Made by a program: the position numbers and the translations under genes. A model generated the notes under the pieces. The model was not told the origin of the DNA. It did no database searches and was given only the letters and a program-made list of their open reading frames with translations. A DNA stretch of 63,474 bases, filler included, from Octopus bimaculoides (taxonomy: Eukaryota): assembly GCF_001194135.2 (NCBI RefSeq). It is 4 parts of 4 records of this genome, joined end to end, with 100 filler letters (N's around TTAATTAATTAA, not from the genome) between each part and the next. Parts side by side here need not be neighbours in the genome. Positions count along the whole stretch, not along the records: positions 21,498 to 52,634 come from NC_068998.1; 3 more parts are not named here. One strand, 5' to 3'. Shown here in pieces: positions 38,311-52,374 of this stretch (its first letter is position 1; the number at the start of each line of letters is the position of its first letter).

Positions 38311-38685
38311 CAGGAAAACTTAAGAAAGGGGTTTCGTTTCAACGGGATAATACTCCAGCACACAAGTCTTTGGTTTCAATCGCTGTTGTGCGTGACTGTA
38401 GCTTTGAACTGGTTGATTCTCTTGATTTGCCCTCATTTGATTATCATCTCTTCCCCAACATAAAAGAAAACACTTGGCTAGGAACCAGTATTGCAGCAAT
38501 GATGACGTCATGTCTGCTGTTGATGACATTTTTAACCAGTAGGATGAAAGCTTATTCATGAAGGGGATCCAAGCACTGCAACACCGATGGAAGAAGTGTG
38601 TGGACCACAGGGGAGACTATGTTGGAATATAAACCTCATTTGGTCAAATTCCATGAGATTATGAACTTTTCAGCCGCCTCTCGTA
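38311..38685 (+). mobile_element. Mariner 3' end: transposase C-terminus plus right TIR
   Basis: GKLKKGVSFQRDNTPAHKSLVSIAVVRDCSFELVDSLDLPSFDYHLFPNIK...GIQALQHRWKKCVDHRGDYV; the HPPY motif is deleted. Terminal ATGAACTTTTCAGCCGCCTCTCGTA ends in TA. Confidence 0.9.
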
Positions 38686-39039
38686 GTGAGTTGAAAATCT
38701 TCGATTAACTATGATTACGCATGTTATTAGTTGTGAACAAGAATCGCAATGTCTGTTTTTAAAACAAACAACTGAAACGATTACAGAAATGAAAGTTGAC
38801 GGTGAATTTTATTTTACTTTATTACTTTTAAAAAATAATAAATAAAAATGTCTTAAATAAATAAAAAACTTAAGTAAAAGAAATCATTATCTTTTTTTTC
38901 CGAATTGTTGCCTATGATACTTAAAGCTATACACATCCGTAGAAAACAAGTTTATTTGTATATTTAGTTTTAGATAATTTCTGACTCTATTCTATAAGGT
39001 TATTTCGCACACAGCAACACACATATGCATATGTGTGCA

Positions 39040-39095
<56 letters not shown>

Positions 39096-40041
39096 TGTGC
39101 GTGTATGTGTGTAAAAAATCGTGTGGAGTGTTATTACATTGGATATATCCGACAATGTTCAGCACAGTCTCAGTCTACGGAATTCTACTCACACGGCACT
39201 GGTCAGCCTGTGACTAGGGTAGCAGAAGCTTTCACAAGGTTTTGTTGTGTAAAGGAATCGAACCCGAAACCAAGGGAGTATGAAGTGGACTTCTTAATCA
39301 TGCAAACATGTCTCGTCCGAGCATGACTCATGGATGAGCTTTTAGGTTCTCCCGTTGATTTCTTTTAAAATATTTTCTAAAACTGTTCTATATGATTCCA
39401 TGTTACACATTTTATTTTACTTGATTCTTTTGTCGTATAGGAAGCACTTGATTCCTTCATTCGATAAAAACAATTCGGTGACTATTTCTAGTCTGTTCTT
39501 CTCAGGAATTTTTATATTTCAATCATATTCTTTAGAAAAGTTTTCATGAATTTTTTTTTTTTTTTTAGATGAATTTTTATCATACTCTTGATGGATATTA
39601 ATGAAATTTTATGAAGTAATTCGTTTTTTTTTTCTCTAATTTTCAAGCGCTGTTGGGCTGTTTTATTATATCTATTCAATTACAGTATAGCGAGGGAAAG
39701 AGTGACAATGTTATGCATAAGCAAAAATAAAAGCAATACGTTTTTAATGATTTATTTTGTTAGTTCAAATATTTCTATAACTCAGTTAGTGCCTGTTCAA
39801 AACAAAATCTTCCTATTAAAAAGAAATATATAAAATTATTAAAATTTACCTGATTTTCTATTTCTTTTGTCAAACAATTCGTCGAATTGCATATAGTCGC
39901 CATGACACTCTTGTTCTCTAATGCAATAAAACTGATCCAAAAAGAAAGCTTCTACGGGACGTAGAAACTGCTAGAACTAGCAACCAAATCTCTGTTAAAT
40001 TACACCTGACTTTCTTAAAGAATGAGCGATCCACTTTAGAC

Positions 40042-40301
40042 CAGTGGTTTTCAACCGGGGTTTATAACCGGGGTTTATAACCGGGGTTTATATAGGGTTT
40101 TGTTGTCAAAATTTATCAGCAATAGATTGCTTATACTTCTACAAAACAAAATATTTTAGCAATCTTTATACGGTTTCTAATAATACTTAATTATAAAAAC
40201 ATAATAGGATGTTTTTAACTATAAAATGGTTATGGTTGTCCACCTGAGTAAAATCGGAATCAAAGGAGTCCATAGGCCAATTAAACGGTTGAGAAACACT
40301 G
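40042..40301. mobile_element. hAT (Charlie-like) MITE, copy 2, without the piggyBac-like insert; contains 3 x 14-bp AACCGGGGTTTATA-type repeat
   Basis: TIRs CAGTGGTTTTCAACC...GGTTGAGAAACACTG. The internal sequence aligns by eye to 790-1217. Confidence 0.75.
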
Positions 40302-41681
40302 CACTAGGTAGTGCCTGCATCACTCTAGATAATGACTATGTGTGTGCATGTGTGTGCAAGCCTGGCTATTATTTCTTTCTTGGTCTTAGAGTGCCTTCCA
40401 TTTCGCAGACCTAGTGTCTTACTGTTTACTTTCTTTTGGTTGATTCCCTGTCTGTTCCATTTCCCTTTCTGTAAATCTATTCATTCATTTTTTTTTTACT
40501 TCTTACTTGCTGTATTCTTCACTTCTTCTTTCTCATATATATCATATACTTCCCTTCATTCTTCGTTTCTATGCTCTTTGTCTGTCTGTCTATCTTTCTC
40601 GCCATATATATATCGAGACTTTTTCAACTGTAAGTATGGAAAACAATTGTTTTCCATACTTACGCTTGAAAAAGTCTCAATGACTGAAACCGGTACTGAA
40701 ATATTTTTTATACAATTATTTTAGCATTTTCTACCTTGACCTTTTTTCTTTTCATATATATCAACTCGTGTGTAGAAGGTTCCTTTCCAACCTTCTACAT
40801 ATATATATATATATATATATATATAAGACGGGTTTCTTTCAGTTTCTGCCAACCAAGTCCACCCGCAAGACTTTGGTCGGCTCGAGGCCATAGTAGAATT
40901 CACTTGCCCAAGGTGTGACGCAGTGAAACTAAACCCAGAACCATGTGGTTGGGAAGCAAGCTTCTTACCACACAGCCACAGTTTTGAAAACGTTTAAGAC
41001 AGTATAAACCTTTGCTTAAGTGCTTTGAGACATATTTCATATTATATATTAATTTAACCTTTTGCTTCACATTTCATTAGATCTTCATACGATGCTTGTC
41101 AAGGCATAAAGATTATCTGAAGAATATCTGACAAGCAATTAGTGTTTTTTTTTAAAACGATGGTAGAATCATGTTGCATATATTTACTTCATATACCTAT
41201 TTCCATTAACGATATAACCAAATATCTGTAACTTAGCAAAATGATTTATATAGAAACAACAGCAATGTAAGATGACAGAAGTGGAGGAAGAGTAATAAGA
41301 CAAAGGTTCTTAGACAGATGGAGATGAGGATGCTGGAAAGATTTACGAAGGAAAAAATAGTGACAAGGAATATTATACGCGAGTGATACGCGAGTGATAT
41401 TGCTTATGTATGTGATTCTGCGGTTCGTTGGTGTGCCAAACATAACGTGTGAATAAGCACTTGTAAAACATATATCTGCACGCACGCGCACGCACACACA
41501 CACACAAACACACACACACACACACGCATGCATGTACGCACACATAAATAGAAAGGGAGAGAAACGCATACACATACGCTCAAATAAAAAACTATACAGA
41601 TATGCATATACTTATATATGTGTGTATATATGTAATATATATATGTATGTATATATTTATATATATATATACGTGTGTGTA

Positions 41682-41740
<59 letters not shown>

Positions 41741-42697
41741 ATGTATATATATATGTACATATATGTATGTTGCATATATATATATATATATATATATATC
41801 CGTGCATGTATGTATGTACGTGTGTTTAGACATACGTCTATCACAAAAGAGATCGATACACAGACAAGATAGAAAGCAGATGCACTAAAATAGATACGTT
41901 TATTGACAAAACACACTCTTACACTCAAATACACACAAATACACCACACATACACACACATACACACACACATACACACAAACTAATACACGGCGCGCAC
42001 ACCCACACACAAATACACACACCACACACATGCACAAATGCACGCACGTGCTTGTTTATGACGTAAGAGGATAGAAAGAGACACCGAGGCAAACATGGGT
42101 TAATGTAGATATTGGTGCGTGCTAACGTATCGTAACATAAAATAAAATGCATAGAAATGACTTTAAACATTAGAAATCTGCAGAAGATGATTTCGGTAAA
42201 ATTGTAACGTAGCACAATTATTTGAGTGTCAGACCAAGTGCTTTTTTTACTGTTCTGAGTACAAATTTTGGTGTCCACTTTTCCTTTACTCCTTCTGTTA
42301 TCGATTAAATAAAGTACTAATTATGTACTGGACTATATTTCGTCAACAATATCCACCTACCAAGGGCGGTGAGATGGCAGAATCGTTAGCACTATGAAAA
42401 CTATGTCTGAAAACATCGAAAGGTCATGGTCCTTTTGGTCAAACTATCGTATCTCCAGTTGCTTCAGATGCGAAGATATGAAAGTTGTCAAAATGTGGTA
42501 CAGCATTTTTCAAAAGTGTAGTAAGTCTCACATACGACAGTTTTGCAAAAAATATTTCACACTGAAAATATCATACATGCATGGATTTTATGCACCCAAC
42601 AAAATATTATTATTAAACTGAAACTGTTGCTAATGTAAAAAGAAATGGAATGGTGAAACTTTGGACTTACGACACTTTTGCATAATAGCAACGATAT

Positions 42698-42759
<62 letters not shown>

Positions 42760-44585
42760 TACGAGCTTTCTCACTGTTTCCGTAAACCAAATTCGCTCAT
42801 AGGGCATTAGTTGGTTCGCGGTTATAGTAAAAATCACTTGCCCAAGGTACCACGCAGTGAGACTGAACCCGAAAACACGTGGTTGCAAAGCAAGCTTCTT
42901 AACCCCATGCCTATATCTACTTCTATGTGTATGTACAATTGTATTTAACGCTTTCGTGTACACTCAAATGTAGAATTAACATTTGCTACACTCAAATGTG
43001 GAATTTGTTTGAGGAGAGAAATGCTTCTTAAGGACATTCATAGTCCAGTGGTGTATAAAAACAAACTAGGCGTAGTAGAAACAACGAGATGTAGTACAAG
43101 CTCTCTTCTATTTACAAAACTGTGTCTTTAAATTTTTCTTGATATTGTCTGAAATATACGTAAATTTTATTTCAGGATATTTATATTCCTGACAATTGCA
43201 ACTGCTTCGTTGGGTCGTGAATAAAACAGTGACATTTGTAAATATTTAATGCCAAGAAAATGACGTAAATATTATAAATTGCTCTTGTCAATTGTCACAA
43301 AATATCACTTTTTTGTATCCCTAATAATAGAATTACAAATGAGAAAATGAGGGAGCCTATATGCGATCAATTTATCAGTTAGAAACAGCAGCAAATCGCC
43401 ATTAAATCACTATCTATCATCTTAGTGAATATGATTCACAGGATAATGTTTTCCGAGATACAGTACGATGGAAAAAGTCGGGATGGTTACGGCAGGATAT
43501 CCTCTGATATTATCGAGCACAAGACTGAAACTAAACTTAATAGTCCTTTCTAATCTAGGCACAAAGCCTGAATTTGGGGAATGGAGTGCTTATTCGATTA
43601 CATAGACTCCAATGCTCAACTGGTACTTATTTTATCAACCCCGAAATGGTGAAAGACTAGGTCGATTTCGACGGAATTTAAACTCAGGATCTAAAGACGT
43701 ACGAAAAGCTGGCAAGCATTTTGTCCGGCGTGAGAGCAGTTCTGCCAGCCAGCTAAGCATCTCAAAGCTAAGATTTATAATCCTTTCTATTATAGGAATA
43801 AGGCCTGAAATTTAACTGGTCTTATTCATCCCGAAAGGATGAAAGGCATAGACAACCTCGGAGAAATTTCAATTCAGAACCTAAAGAGATAAGGAAAACC
43901 GGCAAGCAATTTTGTCCGGCATGCCCACAATTCTGCCAGGTCGTTGCCTTAAGGTTAAAATTAATAATAAACATTATAACCATACGCAAAATAAGCACTT
44001 AATATAATTGCTGTAAATAGTATTCAGAGTTGTCTGATAATATTGCCATTCATCAAGACATACTCACACAAAGAGGAGCACACACAGATATATACATTCT
44101 CTCTCGCTCTCTCACACTGACACTCTCTCTGTCTCTCTGTCTCTCTGTCTCTATCTCTCTCTCTCTCTCTCTCTTTTTCTCTCTGATTCTCTCTCAAACA
44201 TACATGCAACTATTTTAAACTAAATATAAATCCAAAGGAATACGCACACATGCAACATAAAACAAGACTAAAAGAAAACAAACAAAAATTAAACTTAATA
44301 TATTTCACATATTATTTCTTGCTTTTTATATATTCGTTCTTGTTGTTGTGCTTGTTTAATTTTTTCATCAAATTTAGTCCGCATATTTCAAGTCTTTGAA
44401 GATATTGATTAAAAGAATTTGAAGACTCATAATCATCATTAAAAATATGAGATAAGACACATTTAAAAATTTAATTGTCTTCATCAGATTAGTGGACTAA
44501 GTTTGTTTATAGCCGAGCAGAACATTGACACCGATTGTAACTTCTTATAACTAAATTAATTCTATGTATAGGAAACTAGAAGATA

Positions 44586-44620
<35 letters not shown>

Positions 44621-44871
44621 ACACATATATATGCTTATAGGTGACTAATTCGTTTCCAAGAGTTGACCCCAGCTCCTTGCTTTTAGGTCCCTTATCATAC
44701 AATATCACACATACAAAAATGCCGAGGCTGTGTTGTAAGAAGATTGCTTCCCAACAACATGGTTCTGAGTTCAGTCCCACTGCGGAGCACCTTGAGCAGA
44801 TGTCTACTTCTATAGCCTTGGCCTAAACAAACTATTGTGAGTGCATTTAGAAGATGGAAACTTAAAAAACG

Positions 44872-44921
<50 letters not shown>

Positions 44922-45964
44922 GTATGTATGTATGTATGTATGTATATACGTATGTATGTATGTATATACGTATGTGTGTATGCATGTCTGTATGTATGTA
45001 TGTATGAGTGTATGTATGTATGTATGTATGTATGTGTGTATATATGCATGCATGTATGTATATATTACTATTCCGTTAAGGTAAGATCAACAAAAAAAAT
45101 AGTCCTAGTGAGAGACATATATCATCATTTAATGTACGTCGTATAAAGATACGAGCAACTGATAGTTTCTTGCAGTGGAAACCCGTGTATAAGCAGGTTT
45201 TTATATTGCTCTTTATGTCTCCAAGCAATCTCGAAATAGAACAAACCATGTGTGCAGACCCTGAAAATTGCGTAGAGACGCAAGCCGTGTTATAAAATTT
45301 TTACTATGCACGTGTTTCCACAGCAAGAAACTATTTGTAGCTCGTACCTTTATACTATGTACATTAAATGATGTGTGTGTGTGTGTGTTTTGCATACATA
45401 TATATATATATGTATATATATGTACTATGTCGGTGAGTTTGTTTTTTATGTTTTTACCTACCAGAGCTTTACAATTGGTGCTGGTTTGTTTACGTCCCCG
45501 TAACTCAGTGACTTGGCAAAATAGATCGATAGAATAAGTACCAAACTAGAAAGAGCCCTGTGGTCGATTTGTTCAACTAAACCCTTGAAGCGATGCCACA
45601 TCATGGCCGCAGTCCAATGAATGAAATAAGTAAGAGATAAAAGATTTGTATGTATGTATGTATATACGTATGTATGTATGTATGTATGTATGTATGTATA
45701 GTAGTAAACAGGACCACTGGAACTAAACCAGGCCGTGTTTTAGCTCGTTTGCTATATTCTTTTCGACAATGCTCCAACATGCTTTACCATGAAAGTGTAA
45801 AACTTCTGTTTCGCACAGAAGGAAGTATACTAAACCTAAATGGGCAAAGTTTCAGATCAAAGGAAAAAACAAAACGAGGAAGAGATTCTATGTGATTTTC
45901 TATTTTCTGATGGTTGTGCTTTGATTTCTCATACATTTGAGGTAATTCAGGAAATAGTTGACAG

Positions 45965-46155
45965 GTTTGCCTCAAGAAGACTGAAGATATATTCCAACCA
46001 AAACTTGGAATAGAGCATACTCAAGATTCAAATGTGATGGATTGGCAATAAGTCACTCAAATGGGTCAGGTCATTTAAATATCTTGGAAGTACAGTAAAC
46101 TTTAAGAGTATTCTTGATGATGACATAAATGTAAGAATATCAAAGGCTACAGGGT
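45965..46155 (+). mobile_element. RTE-clade LINE reverse-transcriptase C-terminal fragment
   Basis: LKKTEDIFQP... followed, after a frameshift, by IGNKSLKWVRSFKYLGSTVNFKSILDDDINVRISKA. This is the typical RTE FKYLGS...EINxRIxKA pattern. Confidence 0.75.
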
Positions 46156-46593
46156 GAACACGTGTCAGTCTGAAAACTGAAATAAGTGTATACAAACCTT
46201 GTATTTTGGTCTCCTGTCTACTGATTAGTTTGTCTTTGCATCTGTTGGTTGACTTATCTTTGTCTCTCTTGACAGGCTGCCCTTGTTGCTAGTTGGTATT
46301 TAATGTATATTTATTTCCGTTGAATTTGTTGTTAGGAGCATGTTTAGATGTTTGTATTTTGTATTAAGTTTTGTTTTCCTTTTAGAGTTTATGGGGCAAA
46401 TTTGTCGATCTCGTTGTTTTATATAAAATTACTAATTTTACCTGCTAATCTTATTAAGAATTATTTGCTTCTTCACAAGTTGTTGTTGTTGTTGCTGCTG
46501 TTGTTGATTATGATGATGTTGATGATTCGGGATCTTGTCAACCTTCAACTCCAGACTCAAGAAAATAATTCCCAACTGCTACTACTCCCATTC

Positions 46594-46601
46594 CTACTAC
46601 A

Positions 46602-46670
<69 letters not shown>
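46594..46670. repeat. (CTA)n microsatellite, preceded by (TTG)n at ~46480-46520
   Basis: Direct reading. Confidence 0.95.
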
Positions 46671-46671
<1 letters not shown>

Positions 46672-49600
46672 TGTTGTACACAGTTCGTCCAAAATCAGAA
46701 ACAAATATTTATCTAATTTACTCAAGATTTAGTTTGAACTGAGATTTTCGTTGGGATTTAGAAGTGACATGGTATTAAGAGCTTCCTATAACATTTTCCT
46801 AGAAGACTTGAACTGAGTAACCTAGACGAATGCATCTTTAGTCAATTACGTCTACTTCTAAAAACAATGGATTGTGCCAGCCTTCAGCATTATGGAGTTT
46901 AATAATAGCAGTTCATCACAGAATAGGTATGATCAAAAGATATCTATTTAGTTACCAGTAGTGTATAAAGTTGATGCCTATGGTCATGAACTACTGACTA
47001 TTAGGATAAAAGTCAGACACGACATAAACTCGAGTCGTCACCTGGTACCTTTTCATTTAAACGTGCAGTATTAGAGAAAAGTAGACATTTCTAAGTTATC
47101 AAAAATGAATTAAAATCGATATTATTGCGTTACGATACCCATGTGTGTAACTGTTAGTTATAAATCAATATTCACAGTTTAAATTCTTTTTCGTTTGGTT
47201 TTAATTAAGTTAACAAGTTTTAAGCAACACCCACTCTGCTGCTCAAAGTAAAGAACAGAAAGAAATAAAATCAATATAATAGCCATAATAAAAGATACCA
47301 GACAGAAAATAATGGGAACTAAAGACCACAATAAAACGAATTGTTATAAAGTTATATCATAAAGGAAATATTTTCAATTGAAGATTAAGTTAAGTATTTC
47401 GCTATAGTTTCCAGCTAGTGTTACAAATGGAACCATTAGCATTCTTTACATCACGTCGGCGATAGAAATACACTTATGCAGGAAATTCTCATTTCAGTGT
47501 TATCCAAATGACATTTTCGTGGCGATCTTCCTTCTTTATTGTTGGTTTATTATCTTGGTCTTCTTTAGTTGCTTGGTGCCTTCATATGCAAACCATTTTG
47601 GTAAATATTCTTTTCAGATTTTTTCAGAATTTTAGTAAATATAAATAAACAGCAATCCGTTGAAAGAGATCTTTAATTAACAGTGATGCAGTTCCAGACT
47701 AAATGCATCTTAGTATCTCGTCTCATCCTTCTTCGTTCTCAGTTCAAATCGTATCAAAACTGAATGCAATTTCAGATCGAGGTTAAGTTTCCATTTTACA
47801 TAAAGGTAGATTCAGTAAATTATTTTTTATTGTTTTCTTATCTTCGAACTCCGACTTCAATTTCAATAATTCTTTTCGGCGATAAGAATCTACAGTATCT
47901 ACATCAGTATGGTATATATATTTTATCGAAAATGTTTATGGAAATTTCAATCACGTAGTTTGACTCTGGTGCTGAATTCGCCATTCGAGTGGAGAGAATC
48001 TTTTTTCGTTTAGGCAAAGATGAAGAAACTGCATGTTTAATTTTTAATTTAAAACTTTGATAATTCTTTTTTCTTACACAATAAAGTTCCTAATTTGCAT
48101 TCTGTCGTCGGTAGCGCGTACTACTTCATCTTTCTTTGGAATCGTGAGTGTGACATAACTCAAGACGTAATTTACTTTAGCAAACTTCAACATTCTACGA
48201 AAAAGAAAGAGAGAAGATACAGATAGAAGATAGTTCATGGATTAAAGACATGTTTTATCTTTTTTTTCCTTCATACTAAGTCGTTAAATGCTTAGTAGTA
48301 GAGAAAAGAAAGAGAAATTTCTAACATGCAGATAAAATATTTCCAAGGCAATTCTACTTTGCAAAATAGTTCATTGTGTAGTCATAGTTAATGTTTTGGC
48401 CACGAACATGTTTCAGAAGCCCGCTTTAGTATATTCTTCTCGTGTGCAGATATGGAAATATAATCCTTTTTATAACACCTAGAAACGCAGGGGCCCAGAA
48501 GAAAACCACAACTCCGAAATATTGAAACTGCATCGTTACGTTTAAAAACAAACCAAACCCCGTTATTGGGGAAACAATGTTTCTCCTATGAGCTTATTTC
48601 TTTAGGTTGCTACAGCTGCAGAATCCAATACTGTTCATTGGGGAGGAGGTAAAGTGATCCACCATTATGACGGGATTCCACTTGTCTATAAAAGTTCTTC
48701 TCTGAAGAGATCTGCTCCGATGTAACGGAGGAGTATTTTCTGATGTTCACCGAAGAAAATATTTGAATTCATCAATATTAGCAATAAAGTATTGTTTTAC
48801 CAACTCTTATGGTTCATCAAGAACAGGAAGATTGATTTTTCCATTAGAACAGCACATAGCAGTTGTTTCTTATTTCCATGTTTTGGTCAAGCACGTGTCA
48901 GAAATTCTAAACATAGATCTAATGACACTTACTTTTCAAAAGCGTATTCATGCGCGAATTCACGATTGAAAAATACCTCTCTTCTATTACTCATGTTTAT
49001 ATGTCCAATGGGAATCCCTCTACTTGTCTTACTCTTTTACTTTACTTTTCTTCTTGACCTGGCACTATTTGAGAGATTTTATGGTGTCTATGTGAAGCTT
49101 TTTTTTACAATATTCTGTTAAAGGTGTGCCCGTCACTCACCAAGTGCCTCCAATTCTCTAGGGAGAGCTTGTCTGACAGCATTCGGTTGTCGTTGAGCTT
49201 TTCCTTGATACGTCGTCTCTAGTCAGCTGTCTGCAGCCACTCTAGTAACATTCTGTTCGCGGTGACCCTCACGTTTACTGTTAGCCTCACTTTTAGAGCA
49301 CGTTTGCATTTGGCATCAGAGAACGTTGTAAAAGTAGAGCATGATTTTCCAGTTCGTTATCAAAATAAAAGTCTTTTCTAGCAAATCGCTCATAAACGTT
49401 CGGGATACATACCTATCTATAAAGAATTACTACGAACTCACGCTTTCCTGATTTTCCCGTTTAACTTTTATATTTTTATACTCACTTCTGTATAATCATT
49501 TTATAAACTCTATGGTGACATTAACAACCACTTGTCCATCTTTTATTTTATTAGTCGTGACCGGGATTTGAATTATCATCCACAAAATTTGACTTCCTGC

Positions 49601-50340
49601 TAAATTTAATTAAAATCGTGACTTCCGCCAAAACTGCAACAATGCTACTTGATTTCTTGTAATCACTGTTTTTCATATTACTCTCAGTAGGATACGAGAG
49701 AGAGAGAGAGGGACAGAGAGAGAGATAGACAGACAGACAGAGGGGGAGAGAGAAGAAAAGGCAGAGTGGTGAGAATGATATTGGTAGTATTATATTAATA
49801 GAGGTGATATCGAAGGAAAGACAAGGAAAAAAAAGATAATGCGGAAAAAGAAAAATATATGACGGAGGGAGATATAAAGAAAGCCAAAAGTATAGGACAA
49901 AGAAAGCGGGAAGGTAGCAGAAGGAAAGTAAAACTATTTAAAGTAGTGAAAGAGAAAAGAAAGAAATAGAATTAGACAGCAATAGAGAGGGAAAGAGGAA
50001 AACTAGATGGTTCTTTCAATGAAGAGCAGGAAGAGGTAGAGTAGTAAAACATAGAGATTCAGAATTAATGAGGCAGGAGACAGCAGGGGATAACTATATA
50101 CNNNNNNNNNNNNNNNNNNNNNNNNNNNNNNNNNNNNNNNNNNNNNNNNNNNNNNNNNNNNNAAAGTATAATGACGAGTAGAAAGAAATACTTAAAGTAT
50201 TATCCGTTTGGAAGAAGATTGTCACTGACACAATCTTTCTCAACTATATAACGCAAACGTATACGGCAAGTTTGTACACTATTTGCATCTACTAAATCTT
50301 ACTTGCACGTCATTAATCAGCCAGCGACTAATGTAGAAGA

Positions 50341-50832
50341 AATTTGCCGAGCGGTTCCAAAGTGATATTTTTAAGCACTCGACTGTGTTTTCTCTCATGG
50401 AATTGTTTGTATTTCTTATATTGGATGCAAAGATTTATAGGCAAAGGGAATATAATCGATTGACATGGTGGTGACGTCGGAGAGATTGGAACTGAGAATT
50501 TAAGCACTTAGTCGGCCCACTGAAGTTAGAAGTTAGATGATATCGAGATATTTCTGTGAAAGATAAGGCTGGTGTACAATATGAAATTTGCCAAGCGGTT
50601 CCAAAGTGAGATTTTTTAACACTCGACTATGCTTTCTCTCACAAAGATGTTTGTATTTCTTATGTTGGTGCAAAAAGCTATAGATCTTGAGGCAAAGGGG
50701 AGATAATCGATTGAGATGGTAGGGACGTCGGAAAAAGTGAAACTGGGAATTTAAACACTTAGTCCGCCCACTGAAGTTAGATTATATCAGGCTATATCTC
50801 TGAAAAATAAGGTTGGCATACAATGTGAATTT
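50341..50832. repeat. Diverged tandem dimer, ~244-bp period
   Basis: AATTTGCCGAGCGGTTCCAAAGTGA at 50341 and AATTTGCCAAGCGGTTCCAAAGTGA at 50585, with collinear similarity throughout. Confidence 0.85.
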
Positions 50833-51835
50833 CTGAAGGTTTTGTTTTTTAGACTGACACAAATTGTTTCTATAATTCTACAGTCTTACACTTTGAATAG
50901 CAATAATTACTGGTATTATCATTGATTAACTCCAGAACTCCAGATCAACTCTGGTTGAATGGATTTATGTTCAAAAGCAATCCATCCCGTCTTTTTGTCT
51001 CACACTTTCTATCTGTTACAGTTTCCAGCATATCCTGCAATTTTAAAAGTTTGTTGGATATGATGTGACACTATTTGACTGTTGTTTCTAGAAAGTCAGC
51101 CAACCACGTAGAAGCTACCCGTTGGTTATTTTATGAATTATTTGTGTAAGTTGATGGAAATTTCAGGGATAATAAATCACTGTAATTCCTAGTTCAAATC
51201 CCTCGAGTCAACAACTTTTCGATTGCCAAGTTCAATAAAATATAAGCCACTACTATGCTGGAATTTGTCCAAACTTCCTATTCAAACGAAAACAATTCCA
51301 CAAAACCAATTTTTGTAAAGGGTTAGAGATGTAGAAAATTTAATCAACTCAAATATGCTAATGGTATTTATTTTACGGATCCCGAAGAATGAAAGGCAAA
51401 TTCGCACCTGGTGTTCCCAATGGAATTTCATCTGAGAATATGCAAGACTAGAGTAATATTTAAAAGAAAATTAAATACTGCAATATCGTTTATGCTCATT
51501 CATTTCCATTTAATCAGAATAAATTTATTTTATAATTAACGAAGCAGAAAACCAGATTTTGCCGCGTGAGAAACAGCATTAATTGATTTCATCACACAAT
51601 ATAATTATTTTGTCGGCAGTGATTTGCCAGAGGAGCATCGGAAAGAACGCCTTGCAGTACGTTCTCCAGTTTTCAGCTGTCTGAGTTCAAATTCCCGCAA
51701 GTCCCGAGTTGATAAATAACATACCGTTCCAGGGCAGTGGATTGGCAAAACTGTTAGATTGTCAGACGTAATTAATGCCTTGTGGTATTTGCTGAAGCTG
51801 AACTACTCTACCGTACTGACATTCAATCAATAGTA

Positions 51836-52000
51836 GGTAGTGGTGTCGGTGGTGGTGTCGCTAATGGTGGCGTCAGTGGTGGTGATGGTGGTGGTGGTGG
51901 TGGTGGTGGTGCTAGTGGTGGTGGTAGTGGTGNNNNNNNNNNNNNNNNNNNNNNNNNNNNTGGTGGTGGTGGTGGTGGTGGTGGTGGTGGTGGTGGTGAT
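51836..52000. repeat. (GGT)n microsatellite spanning a gap
   Basis: Direct reading. Confidence 0.9.
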
Positions 52001-52342
52001 GGAATACCGCCGTTGTAGGAGGAGTGGTTTAGTTATTTGATCAACAAAATTATCTGCTCCTGAGTTAACGTGAAATTTTTACTCACAAGATAAGCGCCGG
52101 CTCCTGGTTAGAGAAAATGACATTTGCCCAACATGCCATGCAACGGGATCGAATCCGGTTGTGAACTGAACTTAATCATTCAGCTATGTTGCGCCTATCA
52201 CCAGGAAGCGGGAGAGATATGTCAGCATATGCAGACGATGTCATCGTAACGGTGTCGTACATCAAACAACATGGACGTCATCCGTACTGCTCTGAAGGCG
52301 TATGAAGCGGTGACAGAAGCAAAACCAAACCAGGAAAAGTTC

Positions 52343-52374
<32 letters not shown>

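Noticed and set aside
48606-48648. 43-nt + strand micro-exon candidate (TTTCTTTAG|...GGAG|GTAAAG)
   Set aside because: Splice-like signals alone, with no partner exons or homology; such matches are expected by chance in 63 kb.
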